Assembly: GCF_964213995.1 (NCBI RefSeq) | Contig: NW_027590191.1 | Location: forward strand, 744,001 to 803,225 | Reading direction: 5' to 3' | Length of the DNA: 59,225 nt | Source of the DNA: Mustelus asterias | Taxonomy: Eukaryota | In this document: positions 1 to 11,213 of the stretch, piece after piece | How positions within the stretch are numbered: the stretch's first letter is position 1 | Layout: every line of letters begins with the position of its first letter | Program-made: the position numbers and the translations under genes | The notes under the pieces: generated by a model | What the model was told of the DNA's origin: nothing | Database searches by the model: none | Seen by the model: the letters and a program-made list of their open reading frames with translations, nothing else

Positions 1-2874
1 CAGGAAGGTGGGTTGAAGTGTGTCTACTTCAATGCAAGGAGCATCCGGAACAAGGTAGATGAACTTGGGGCGTGGATTGGTACTTGGGACTACGATGTTG
101 TGGCCATTACGGAGACGTGGGTAGAAGAAGGACAGGAATGATTGTTGGGCGTTCCGGGGTATAGATGTTTCACTAAGTGTAGGGAAGCTGGTAAAAGAGG
201 TGGAGGAGTGGCATTGTTAATCAAGGATAGTTTAACGGCTGCGGAAAGGCACTTCGAGGGGGATCTGCACACTGAGGTAATATGGGCTGAGGTTAGAAAT
301 AGGAAAGGAGCGGTCACGTTGTTAGGAGTTTACTATAGGCCCCCAAATAGTAACAGAGATGTGGAGGAAGAAATTGCTAAGCAGATTATGGATATGTGTG
401 GGGGTCACAGGGTAGTTGTCATGGGGGACTTTAACTTTCCAAATATTGATTGGAACCTTTGTAGGTCAAATAGTTCGGATGGGGCAGTTTTTGTGCAGTG
501 TGTGCAGGAGGGTTTCCTGACACAATATGTGGATAGGCCAACAAGAGGTGAGGCGACATTGGATTTGGTACTGGGAAATGAACCGGGCCAAGTGTTAGAT
601 TTGGTTGTGGGAGAGCACTTTGGAGATAGTGACCACAATTCGGTGTCTTTTGTTATTGCAATGGAGAGGGATAGGGCCGTACGGCAGGGCAAGGTTTACA
701 ATTGGGGGAGAGGTAATTATGATGCAATTAGGCAAGAATTAGGGGGCATAAGTTGGGAACAGAAACTGTCAGGGAAAGGAACTAATGAAAAGTGGAACTT
801 TTTCAAGGAACAAATACTGGATGTCCTTGATAGGTATGTCCCTGTCAGGCAGGGAGGAAATGGCCGAGTGAGGGAACAATGGTTCACAAAAGAGGTGGAA
901 TGTCTTGTGAAAAGGAAGAGGGAAGCTTATGTAGGGATGAGGAAACAAGGTTCAGATGGCTCGATTGAGGGTTACAAGTTAGCAAGGAATGAGCTGAAAA
1001 AGGGGCTTAGGAGAGCTAGGAGGGGATACGAGAAGTCCTTGGCGAGTCGGATCAAGGAAAACCCCAAGGCCTTTTACTCTTATGTGAGGAATAAAAGAAT
1101 GACCAGGGTGAGGTTAGGACTGGTCAAGGACAGTAGTGGGAACTTGTGTATGGAGTCAGTAGAGATAGGCGAGGTGATGAATGAATACTTTTCTTCAGTG
1201 TTCACCAAGGAGAGGGGCCATGTTTTTGAGGAAGAGAAGGTGTTACAGGCTAATAGGCTGGAGGAAATAGATGTTTGGAGGGAGGATGTCCTGGCAGTTT
1301 TGAATAAACTGAAGGTCGATAAGTCCCCTGGGCCTGATGAAATGTATCCTAGGATTCTTTGGGAGGCAAGGGATGAGATTGCAGAGCCTTTGGCTTTGAT
1401 CTTTGGGTCCTCGCTGTCCACGGGGATGGTGCCAGAGGACTGGAGAATGGTGAATGTTGTTCCTCTGTTTAAGAAAGGGAATAGATATGACCCTGGTAAT
1501 TATAGACCGGTTAGTCTTACTTCGGTGGTTGGTAAATTGATGGAAAAGGTCCTTAGAGATGGGATTTATGACCATTTAGAAAGATGCGGATTAATCCGGG
1601 ATAGTCAGCACGGATTCGTGAAGGGCAAGTCGTGCCTCACAAATTTGATAGAATTTTTTGAGGAGGTAACTAAGTGTGTTGATGAAGGTAGGGCAGTTGA
1701 TGTCATATACATGGATTTTAGTAAGGCGTTTGATAAGGTCCCCCATGGTCGGCTTATGATGAAAGTGAGGAGGTGTGGGATAGAGGGAAAGTTGGCCGAT
1801 TGGATAGGTAACTGGCTGTCTGATCGAAGACAGAGGGTGGTGGTGGATGGAAAAGTTTCGGATTGGAGGCAGGTTGCTAGCGGTGTGCCGGAGGGATCAG
1901 TGCTTGGTCCTCTGCTCTTTGTGATTTTTATTAATGACTTAGAGGAGGGGGCTGAAGGGTGGATCAGTAAATTTGCTGATGACACCAAGATTGGTGGAGT
2001 AGTGGATGAGGTGGAGGGCTGTTGTAGGCTGCAAAGACACATAGATAGGATGCAAAGCTGGGCTGAAAAATGGCAAATGGAGTTTAACCCTGATAAATGT
2101 GAGGTGATTCATTTTGGTAGGACTAATTTAAATGTGGATTACAGGGTCATAGGTAGGGTTCTGAAGACTGTGGAGGAACAGAAAGATCTTGGGGTTCATA
2201 TCCACAGATCTCTAAAGGTTGCCACTCAAGTGGATAGAGCTGTGAAGAAGGCCTATCGTGTGTTAGCTTTTATTAACAGGGGGTTGGAGTTTAAGAGCCG
2301 TGGGGTTATGCTGCAACTGTTCAGGACCTTGGTGAGACCACATTTGGAGTATTGTGTGCAGTTTTGGTCACCTCACTATAGCAAGGATGTGGAAGCGCTG
2401 GAAAGAGTGCAGAGGAGATTTACCAGGATACTGCCTGGTTTGGAGGGTAGGTCTTATGAGGAAAGGTTGCGGGAGCTAGGGCTGTTCTCTCTGGAGCGGA
2501 GGAGGCTGAGGGGAGACTTAATAGAGGTTTATAAAATGATGAAGGGGATAGATAGAGTGAACGTTCAAAGACTATTTCCTCGGGTGGATGGAGCCATTAC
2601 AAGGCGGCATAACTATAGGGTTCGTGGTGGGAGATACAGGAAGGATATCAGAGGTAGGTTCTTTACGCAGAGAGTGGTTGGGGTGTGGAATGGACTGCCT
2701 GCAGTGATAGTGGATTCAGACACTTTGGGAACATTTAAGCGGTTATTGGATAGGCACATGGAGTACACCAGGATGATAGGGAGTGGGATAGCTTGATCTT
2801 GCTTTCAGGTAAAGCTCGGCACAACATCGTGGGCCGAAGGGCCTGTTCTGTGCTGTACTGTTCTATGTTCTATG
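1..2874 (+). mobile_element. CR1-clade LINE (HER1-like), running off the left edge
   Basis: APE endonuclease and RT motifs (GDFNFP, SDH, QHGF, DFSKAFD, FADD); CR1-type 3' end GGGCCGAAGGGCCTGTT followed by (TTCTATG)2 tail ending ~2874. Confidence 0.93.
142..2796 (+). CDS. CR1 ORF2 endonuclease/reverse transcriptase, N-terminally interrupted
   Basis: 884-aa ORF; the same frame continues upstream to base 1 (LKCVYFNARSIRNK...AITETW) but has a TGA at 139-141, so the full ORF2 carries one nonsense codon. Confidence 0.85.
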   Translation: MLGVPGYRCFTKCREAGKRGGGVALLIKDSLTAAERHFEGDLHTEVIWAEVRNRKGAVTLLGVYYRPPNSNRDVEEEIAKQIMDMCGGHRVVVMGDFNFPNIDWNLCRSNSSDGAVFVQCVQEGFLTQYVDRPTRGEATLDLVLGNEPGQVLDLVVGEHFGDSDHNSVSFVIAMERDRAVRQGKVYNWGRGNYDAIRQELGGISWEQKLSGKGTNEKWNFFKEQILDVLDRYVPVRQGGNGRVREQWFTKEVECLVKRKREAYVGMRKQGSDGSIEGYKLARNELKKGLRRARRGYEKSLASRIKENPKAFYSYVRNKRMTRVRLGLVKDSSGNLCMESVEIGEVMNEYFSSVFTKERGHVFEEEKVLQANRLEEIDVWREDVLAVLNKLKVDKSPGPDEMYPRILWEARDEIAEPLALIFGSSLSTGMVPEDWRMVNVVPLFKKGNRYDPGNYRPVSLTSVVGKLMEKVLRDGIYDHLERCGLIRDSQHGFVKGKSCLTNLIEFFEEVTKCVDEGRAVDVIYMDFSKAFDKVPHGRLMMKVRRCGIEGKLADWIGNWLSDRRQRVVVDGKVSDWRQVASGVPEGSVLGPLLFVIFINDLEEGAEGWISKFADDTKIGGVVDEVEGCCRLQRHIDRMQSWAEKWQMEFNPDKCEVIHFGRTNLNVDYRVIGRVLKTVEEQKDLGVHIHRSLKVATQVDRAVKKAYRVLAFINRGLEFKSRGVMLQLFRTLVRPHLEYCVQFWSPHYSKDVEALERVQRRFTRILPGLEGRSYEERLRELGLFSLERRRLRGDLIEVYKMMKGIDRVNVQRLFPRVDGAITRRHNYRVRGGRYRKDIRGRFFTQRVVGVWNGLPAVIVDSDTLGTFKRLLDRHMEYTRMIGSGIA

Positions 2875-3756
2875 AGCTGATTCAGGAAATGTTTCGGCCG
2901 CTCCCACTAGAGTCAAAAGGCTCGTCTCCTACCTCGTTTGTTGTCAGTTCTCCACGCATTTTCCTCCACGCAACAGCTTGAGAAAAATCCAATTTCACGC
3001 GGTGTGGGAAAGTCCACTTCGCCAAAACAAGGCAAATGAGCGATATTGTTCCTTTCAGCGTGTCCAACTATTTCAATTCTAACCCAAATGATTCCTGCAT
3101 GGATAGATGCATATCAGTCGGCCTGTGTGTGTGTGTTCTTGGAGTTCCGCAGCTGTTCGACCGTTTTGCAACTGACCAGCCGGCACTGGAAGTTCCAGAT
3201 CAAGAACTTTATTCATGTTAAAGCAAGAACGTCTGTCAGCCACTGGGGATCGCAAGCTCTCCGAATAAGAAAATGCAATGCCAGCTATGAACTTTAGCTC
3301 AACTACAAGCAATTATGTTCGACCATGAATAGATTTGTTTACAAATTATCTATGCCCATTCCGTTTAATATTTGGGATTACATAATGTATAACATGTGAG
3401 TATAGTTGTCCAATTACAATTTAAGTACATCTATTTAATTGCAATATCAACCATACATTCCATTCTATTGATCCACCAACGTCACGACATAATACATATA
3501 TATTTAATTGACCAATAGTTTATCGACTTCCATGTTTTCAGCGAATGTACACAAGTTTCAGCTGCACAGAGTTCAATTTGATTCTTGTGTGTATATTATA
3601 TCAAGAAATCCTTCGTGTAATTAAAACAACCATTGCCCTTGAATATTATTTGTATCTGAGAAACATTTTGTTTCATCAGGGTCTCTCTGTCTTTGAAATT
3701 TTAACAGAACGCAACATTTCTTTAAAAACTTGTATGATTTTTAACGCTTTCAGGAC

Positions 3757-3902
3757 GTATGTGTGTGTTTGTTGGTGTGTGCCTGTGTGTTTATCTGTAT
3801 GTGCCTGTGTGTGTGTTTGTCTGTGCGTTTTTGTTCGTGCTTGGCGTGTGTTTGTCTGCGTGTTTGTCTACGTGCTTGTCCATGTGTGTGCCTGTGTGTG
3901 TA
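3757..3902. repeat. degenerate (TG)n low-complexity tract
   Basis: Imperfect TG dinucleotide run. Confidence 0.8.
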
Positions 3903-4278
3903 CTTGTCTTTCTGGCGGGCACGTTCGACATTTTTCCGATTGGCTTTCTGTTTCTGTCTGACCAATGGCTTATAGTTCAGAGTGAAATGGGACCCTAAAT
4001 ATGCTGGAATCAAGAATTCAGATAAGCAAATACACTTTAAATATACACGAATAAAATATAAGTAGGGCTGGGCTGGATTTGTGACGGGACGAAGAAAAGA
4101 AATAATAGCTGAGGAATGGAAAATTGAGAGAAATCTTTCGAGCCTTAATCACACTGTGTCCGTGCTGTATCAAAAAAAGAAGAGATATCAACGTTTTCCC
4201 ATTTTGCAGCTCTTGATCTACAAGAAACGAAGATACAGATAAAACAACTGATTTGGATTCCAAATGCTCCACGACCCC

Positions 4279-4400
4279 TCTTCTCCGTCTCTCTGCCTCT
4301 CTCCTCTCTGTCTCTCTCTCTCTGTCTCTTTCTCTCTCTCTCTCTCTCTCTTTGACTCTCTCTCTCTATCGATTTCTCTGTCTATCTCATACGCACACAC
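4279..4400. repeat. (TC)n microsatellite grading into CA-rich tract
   Basis: Direct reading. Confidence 0.85.
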
Positions 4401-5219
4401 ACAGATATATATGGACAGGCACACTTATAAACACAGAGACACTCACTCACACAGAGCAGAACAGACAGAAAAAAACAGAATTTTTCACAAGCACCCACAA
4501 ATTAACAAAAAGACCATCACAGACACAAACAAAAAGAGGAACCAAGTTCACATATCAGGAAGTAGTCCTAAATCTTGATAAAATATACTATGTGTTTCAG
4601 CTGGTGTAGTGTGCTAATTGCTGGACCCCACACTTTGGGAAGCACATGAACACTTCCTTTAAGGCACAGAGATTTACTGGAATGGTCCCCAGGATAAGAT
4701 CGAACAGTTTCTCAGAGGGGCTGGTGAAAGTTGGGATATTTACCTCCGAACAGAGGTTTAATGGAGCAGTTTAAAATCATGACATGTAAATCAAGTCCTA
4801 AAATCTCCAACAAGAGGAGGTAGTTGCTCTTTATCAATCCTCTCCATTGCCATTAAGGTTTGATTGAAACTATATATGATATCATTCCTTCACTCTAACA
4901 CCAGGGATTCAGTGTAAAGCTTCACCTCCACTGCAGATCCAAAAGTCCAAAGCCTGCTGGGAGTGGATTTATTTACAGTTTAAAATTCCCTCCGCTCTAT
5001 CCTAGTGTCGTTTGAGATTTTTAACATGGAAATCAACCTCAAGATTCACAGCTCATCAGTGTGGGATTTTAAATCTGATTTTTCTTCTCCCCTCACTTAT
5101 CTTTTGCACTTTTGCAGTCACTCACGGTCTGGTTTTGCACTCCAAAGAAGTGTTCCGCGGTGGTTGAATTATCCAATGCTGGAGATGGAGACTCTGCCAC
5201 AGCTTTCTTCGGTGGTGGG

Positions 5220-6010
5220 CAGGTGGGACACTCTGGATAATGCGCTCTCTTTCTGATGTTGATGTTTTGCCACCATGTGCTGTGCCCAGTGATGCTCGAG
5301 GTGATTGGTGCCTTCACGGATGTTTCTTCTCCATTTTGGTCATTCTACGGCAAGCAATTCCCAAGTGTCGATTCGGATGCTGTATTAATTTAGGGAGGCT
5401 TTCCGAGTGTCCTTATTCCTCTCCCCTCGAGTGATCGCTTACCTATACAGAGCTCGGTGCAGAGCACATGTTTTGGGAGATTTGAGTATGGCATGCGACT
5501 ATGTGCCTTGTCGGTCACAGCTGGTCGAGTGTGACCAGTGCCTCGATATTGGGGATATTTGCATGGGAGAGGACACTCACATTCGTACGTCTATCCTCCC
5601 TGTTGCTCGAATTTGCAAAGGCAATATTGGTGATATCTCCAAATGGATTTGAGATGTCTGCAGTACATAACCCATGTTTCTCATGATTACAGCATGGTGG
5701 GGACCACGAGCCTAGTGCTGGGTTTGAGATTTCCGTGTTTGAACATTCTGTTTCAGGCGTCCAAAGACTGCACTGGCACACTGGGGTCGATGCTGAATTT
5801 CATCGCCAATTTCTGTTCCTGCCGAGAGGAGGCACCTGACTTATTGGAAATGATCCACGTTGTCCAAGGACTCCCCTTGGATCCTGATGGCTTGGAGGGT
5901 AGCTTTGTGTTGCAGGGGAGCACTGGTAGAGAACTTTTAAATTTTTACTGTTTAGTCCGACGCCCATCCTGTCATATGCCTTGCTGAATGTGTCCACAAA
6001 TGCACTGCCT
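5220..6010 (-). mobile_element. degenerate RTE-clade LINE 3' fragment
   Basis: Minus-strand translation EDRRTNVSVLSHANIPNIEALVTLDQL resembles the RTE ORF C-terminus; many frameshifts. Confidence 0.7.
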
Positions 6011-6664
6011 GTTGATCGAATCGTTTGAGCTTTTAGTGGTGGAGTATTGACAAATGGGGTAACTTAATCAATCTCTTTGCATATGAGAAGTATCTAAATG
6101 GTGTCTGTCTGGTGAAAAGTAGTTGAGACCTGCTCATATCGGACATTATCTTCTTGAATGGCGGGTCAGGCGTGAGGGACCAACAGACTTCTCATATAGC
6201 AAACCTGCCATCCCAGGAATCAGCCTGGTAAACCTTCGCTCTACTCCCTCTATACCAAGGATATCCTTCCTCAAATAGTAAAGCTCTGATTTCAATCAGT
6301 CAATATTTCTTCTCCACAAATATAAAATGGGACAATTCTGAAGCTGCATTTGATAATTGATCACTTTTAAAATGTGTCGCCTGACAGAAAGGCACCTGAT
6401 CCATATCTTTTCTAAGTACAGCTTAACGAAGTTATTCACCTGGGGTAATCTGCAAATTTGTGCGAATTTGATCGGAGAATGATTGGATTTGATCCGGGAA
6501 TAATATGACCGCCAAATGTGACATTTCACAATACTGATAATGGATGAGCTCTGCGGGGAATATCGTTCAGCTGGGGCTGTATTGTCCCCTTCCCTTTCTG
6601 TGCATTTTCGATGAGATCCGACTCTCTTTTCCTGACACAGAACACTTGATTATCGACCTGCACT

Positions 6665-6703
6665 AGTTTTTGTATGAGGCCCATGGGAGGCTCATGCACT
6701 GTG
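6665..6703 (-). promoter_or_regulatory. V(D)J recombination signal sequence, 23-bp spacer
   Basis: Minus strand CACAGTG (6703-6697), exactly 23 nt, then ACAAAAACT (6673-6665), directly after YYCALRP. Confidence 0.97.
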
Positions 6704-7013
6704 GGTCTCAGTGCACAGTAATACACGGCGCTGTCTGGCATCTTCAAATCTTTCATTGACAAGTGAAAAGTGCTTTGTTTCTGGTTGAGGTTCCCGCTGA
6801 AATGTTTAAAGCCGGGAGCCGTCTCGTTAAACCCATAACTATCGGCTCTGAGCAGATACCGAGGAGCTCGATGTGTATACTGGCGATACCAGAACAGGTA
6901 ATGTTGTACAGCTGAACTCGGTACCGAGTAACTGCAGGGTATTGCTGAATCTTCACCCTCTGCTGCTTCAACTCCTGGTTCTGACTGGGACACTGAGTCT
7001 CCGTTACTCACGT
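6704..7013 (-). pseudogene. TRAV: T-cell receptor alpha/delta variable gene segment, V exon (open frame, leader disrupted)
   Basis: Ig V-set domain GDSVSQ..C..LFWYRQ..APRYLL..FHLSM..DSAVYYCALR; CAG acceptor at 7016-7014 (phase 1); 23-RSS downstream. Confidence 0.92.
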
Positions 7014-7015
7014 CT

Positions 7016-7334
7016 GCCTTTGGCTAAGATCAAGTGTAGTATAGATTGCCTGCACTTGGTTGGGGTCATTGGGTTACGCTGAGGCTTCATATGTTTCATA
7101 TGAAGCAATTTTTAAAAGCGGCATCTCGGCCTTTTGGCTAAGATGCAAATGAGCTCAAGTCTTGGAGGAGGAACCTCCCCCTTCTCCAATCAGCTTGACT
7201 CATGTAGATCAGGCCCAGGACAGGGGGGTTTTGGTCTCCCGTCCTGTCTTGTCAGCCTGGATCTGAAATGTCTCAACTTGTTGAGACTCTGAATTGGATT
7301 TGATTTGATTGAATTGGAAAAGTATAAAAAAAAA
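7016..7334 (+). mobile_element. candidate dimeric U2 snRNA-headed SINE
   Basis: 7016-7042 = U2 nt 12-39 (one T missing); 7121-7144 = U2 nt 4-27 (one mismatch); non-U2 hairpin-rich body; A9 tail 7326-7334; interrupts an otherwise normal intron end. Confidence 0.75.
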
Positions 7335-7459
7335 GAAAATATACAGCGGATACAAAGCGGGTTAGGAGACAGAGGAAGACAATAGTCACACAGAGCTGGG
7401 AAACGGAAATTGCACAAGGGTTGAAATATACTTTACAATATAAGATCAGAATCACTGAC

Positions 7460-7475
7460 CTGGGATCAGAGCAAT
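7460..7475 (-). pseudogene. 3' remnant of the TCR V leader exon
   Basis: Minus strand ATT GCT CTG ATC CCA G|GTCAGT: IALIP plus phase-1 donor at 7459-7454, which splices in frame to the V exon (D-VSNGDSV); 5' part replaced by repeats. Confidence 0.75.
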
Positions 7476-7514
7476 AGTAAGAAGTCTCACAACACCAGGT
7501 TAAAGTCCAACAGG
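7476..7514. mobile_element. truncated Penelope-like terminal repeat (family A)
   Basis: AGTAAGAAGTCTCACAACACCAGGTTAAAGTCCAACAGG, same as copies at 30956 and 41684; cut by the Tx1 poly(A) end. Confidence 0.75.
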
Positions 7515-7804
7515 TTTTTTTTTATTTCAAAAATATACTTTATTCACACAAAAAAAACTCTCCAATAAAACATTGCAAAATTACAGATCCAAAAGTCATA
7601 AACAGTGTAAAAAAGAATCATTTTTACAGTCCAATACCGTGCTCATTTACAAAAACATTACATTCCATTACATTTCATTTCTTAAAACTATATACATGTG
7701 TCAGAGTTTACTGTGTGCCGTTATTTTTCAGGTTGGCACACAGTTACGCAGGCCGAGAGTATTCTGCAGTTACCCGGCCCTCGGTCTGCCTCGGTTGAGA
7801 CGCT

Positions 7805-10800
7805 TTACACGGTGGTCTTTCCCCATTGTGCCTTGGCGGCGGCTGCCCCAAGCTTGACCGCGTCCCTCAGCACGTAGTCCTGGACCTTGGAATGTGCCAG
7901 TCTGCAACACTCGGTCGAGGACAATTCTTTCAGCTGGAAGATCAGCAAGTTTCGGGCGGACCAAAGCGCGTCCTTCACCGAGTTGATGACCCTCCAGCAG
8001 CGGTTGATATTTGTCTCGGTGTGCGTCCCCGGAAACAGCCCGTAGAGCACAGAGTCCTGCGTCACCGAGCTGCTCGGGACGAACCGCGACAAATACCACT
8101 GCATCTCGTTCCAGACCTTCTTTGCAAAGGCACATTCCACAAGGAGGTGTGCCACCGTCTCATCAGCCCCGCAGCCGCTTCGAGGGCAGCGTGCGGTGAG
8201 GTTGAGACCCCGGGCGTGCATAAAGGATCTGACGGGGAGTGCCCTTCTCACCACCAGCCAAGCCAGGTCTTGGTGCTTGTTTGTGAGTTCTGGTGATGAG
8301 GTATTCTGCCAAATGACATTGACAGTCCGCTCAGGGAACCATCCGACAGGATCTGCCGTCTCCTTTTCTCTCAGGGCCTCAAGGACATTACGTGCTGACC
8401 ACTGCTTGATAGCCATGTGGTCAAAGGTGTGTTTCCGGAAGAATTTCTCCACGAAGGACAGGTGCTGCGGTACGGTCCAACTACTTGGAACGTTCCGCGG
8501 CAATGTGGCCAGACCCATCCTCCGCAACACTTGGGACAGGTAGAACCTCAAAAAATAGTGGCACTTGCTGTTACTGTACCGAGGATCTACACACAGCTTG
8601 ATGCAGCCGCACACAAAGGTGGCCATCAGGATGAGGGCGGCGTTGGGAACGTTTTTCCCTCCATTCTCTGGAGATTTGTGCATCGCCTCCCTCCGGACAC
8701 GATCCATCTTTGATCTCCAGATGAACTTGAAGATGGCCCGGGTCACTGCTGCTGCGCAGGACTTGGGGATTGGCCACACCTGCGCCACGTACAACAACAC
8801 GGACAGAACCTCGCATCAGATCACAAGGTTCTTCCCAGTAATGGAGAGGGAGCGTTGCTCCCACAATCCCAATTTTTGTTTGGCTTTGGCGATGCGCTCC
8901 TCCCAGTTTTTGGCGCATGCCCCTGGCGCTCCGAACCATATCCCCAGCACCTTGAGGTAGTCGGCCCTAATGGTGAAAGGGACAAAGGATGTGTCAGGCC
9001 AGTTCCCAAAGAATATGGCCTCACTCTTACCCTGGTTGACTTTGGCCCCCGAGGCCAGCTCGAACTGCTCACATACTCGAAGAAGCCTGCGAACAGACGA
9101 GGGGTCCGAGCAGAAAACAGCCACGTCATCCATGTAGAGGGAGGCTTTGACTTGCGTCCCTCCGCTGCCTGGGATTGTAACCCCTTTGATGCCTGAGTCG
9201 CTTCTGAGGGCCTCGGCAAAGGGTTCAATGCAACACACAAAAAGGACGGAGAGAGGGCAGCCCTGCCTGACTCCAGACCTGATTTGAAACATATCTGATT
9301 CCCACCCATTGATTGAAACTGCGCTACTGATGTCTGTGTAGAGCAGTTGGATCCAATTGCAGATTCCCTCCCCAAATCCCATTTTGGAGAGCACATCCAC
9401 CATGTAGCTGTGCGATATTCTGTCAAACGCCTTCTCCTGGTCTAGACTGATGAGGCAGGTGTCCACCCGCCTGTCCTGCACGTAGGCGATCGTATCCCTG
9501 AGTAGCGCAAGGCTATCAGAGATCTTCCTGCCGGGTACAGCACAGGTTTGATCAGGATGGATTACTGACCCCAGAGCAGACTTGACCCGGTTGGCGATGA
9601 CCTTGGCCAGAATCTTGTAATCCACATTCAATAGTGAAATAGGTCTCCAATTTCTAATTTCTTCCCTTTCCCCCTTCTGCTTGTAGATGAGAGTAATGAT
9701 GCCTTTCCTCATGGATTCTGACATGCTGCCTTCCAGAAGCATACTCTCGTATACTTCCAGGAGGTCCGGGCCCGTCAAGTCCCACAACGCCGAGTAAAAC
9801 TCAGCCGGTAAGCCGTCGCTACCGGGAGTTTTACCCTTCTGAAGGGACTCGACGGCCTTTGTCAGCTCATCCAGAGCTACCGGTCTGTCCAGGCTCTCCC
9901 GCTCGCCGTCGTCCATGACTTGCGTGATGGACGACAGGAAAGACTGGGAGGCCGTGCTGTCTGTTGGCTTCAGGTCATACAGTCCGGCATAGAAGGATTT
10001 GCAGATCCTCAGAATGTCAGACTGCGATGACCCTACAGAGCCATCTTCTTCCTTCAGGCTTGTGATCACAGAGGATTCTCTGTGCACCTTCTGGAAGAAG
10101 AAGCGCGAGCACGTTTCGTCCTGCTCCACGGAGCGGACCCTGGACCGGAAGATAACCTTGGAGGCCTCCGAGGCAAAGAGCGAGGCTTGCTGGCTCTTCA
10201 CCTCCCTGAGGTCCTCCTTGACATCCACCCCCATCGACTGCAGTTGGAGTAGCTCCTGCATGCTTTTCTGGAGTCGGGACATTTCCCCCCGTCTCTCCCT
10301 GGCCTTCTGAACCCCTTTTCGGATGAAGAACCTCTTGATGTTGCCCTTGATGGTTTCCCACCAGAGCGATGGAGACTCAAAGAAGGGTTTCACGGTTCTC
10401 CAACCGTGGTAAACCCTCTTGAGTTCCTCGAGGTTCTCTGGGGTCAACAGTTCTACATTAAGCTTCCAGGACCCCCTGCCCACTTTCTGGTTTTCCTCCA
10501 GCTGACAGTCTGCCAGCAGGAGGCAGTGGTCAGAGAAGAACACCGGCTTGACGTCGGTGGACCTGACCGTGAGCGCGCGGGATACAAACATGAAGTTGAT
10601 CCTGGAGCGGACAGACCCGTCTGGCCGCGACCACGTGTATCTATGCTGCCCTCCGTCTGCTGGATTGCTGAAGACGTCGAGCAGCTTGGCATCTTTGACT
10701 GTTTCCAGCAGGGCTCTGGACGTAGCGTCCAGTTTACTTTCGGCCCTGTTGGATCGGCCGGCCTTGTCAATGATGCAGTCAAAGTCCCCACCCAGTATGA

Positions 10801-11209
10801 TTGGCCTGGAGGTGGTGAGTAGCAGTGGCAGCTGTTCGAAGAGTGCCAGCCGCTCGGTCTTGACGGCAGGGGCATACACATTGATCAGCCTGAGAGGGCA
10901 GTTTTTGTACGTGACATCTGCTACGAGGAGGCGTCCTCCCACCACCTCCTTAACTTCGGAGACGGTGAAGTTGCCCCCCCGCAGCAGAATGCCTAGGCCG
11001 GATGAACGGCAGTCGTTCCCACCTGACCAGATGGACGGTCCGTGGGACCACACACTCGACCAGCGCCTGTAGTTGCTGAGGTGTGGTATTCCACACTCCT
11101 GCAGGAACAGCAGGTCGGCCTTGATCTTGGCCAGGTAGGACAAGCTGGCCGCAAATCTCAGGCTGTCTTTAACACTGCGAACATTTAAGGATGCAAACTT
11201 TAAAGACAT
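7805..11209 (-). pseudogene. Tx1/Keno ORF2 (APE endonuclease + RT + C-terminal CCHC) with one in-frame stop
   Basis: ORFs 8816-11209 and 7805-8800 share a frame, separated by TGA at 8818-8816; motifs SLNVRS, LQEC, FSDH, PGSDG, DQEKAFD, YMDD, CPRSGC..H..C; endonuclease motifs altered (GDFD for GDFN, RIN for RID). Confidence 0.92.
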
Positions 11210-11213
11210 TTTA

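Noticed and set aside
2875-3320. Short ORFs in unique-looking sequence after the first CR1
   Set aside because: No recognisable domain, splice pattern or RSS.
6526-6703. C-terminal 59 aa of the 161-aa ORF
   Set aside because: Read-through across the RSS in germline configuration; the V exon ends at 6704 and the listed GTG start is not the real start.
7016-7144. Functional U2 snRNA genes (also 15445-15476)
   Set aside because: Only 24-30 nt of the 5' end is present each time; no U2 3' domain and no snRNA promoter context.
7310-7334. 3'-end homology between the U2-headed element and the Tx1 (shared AAAGTATA before the A tail)
   Set aside because: Too short and AT-rich to count as evidence of partnership.
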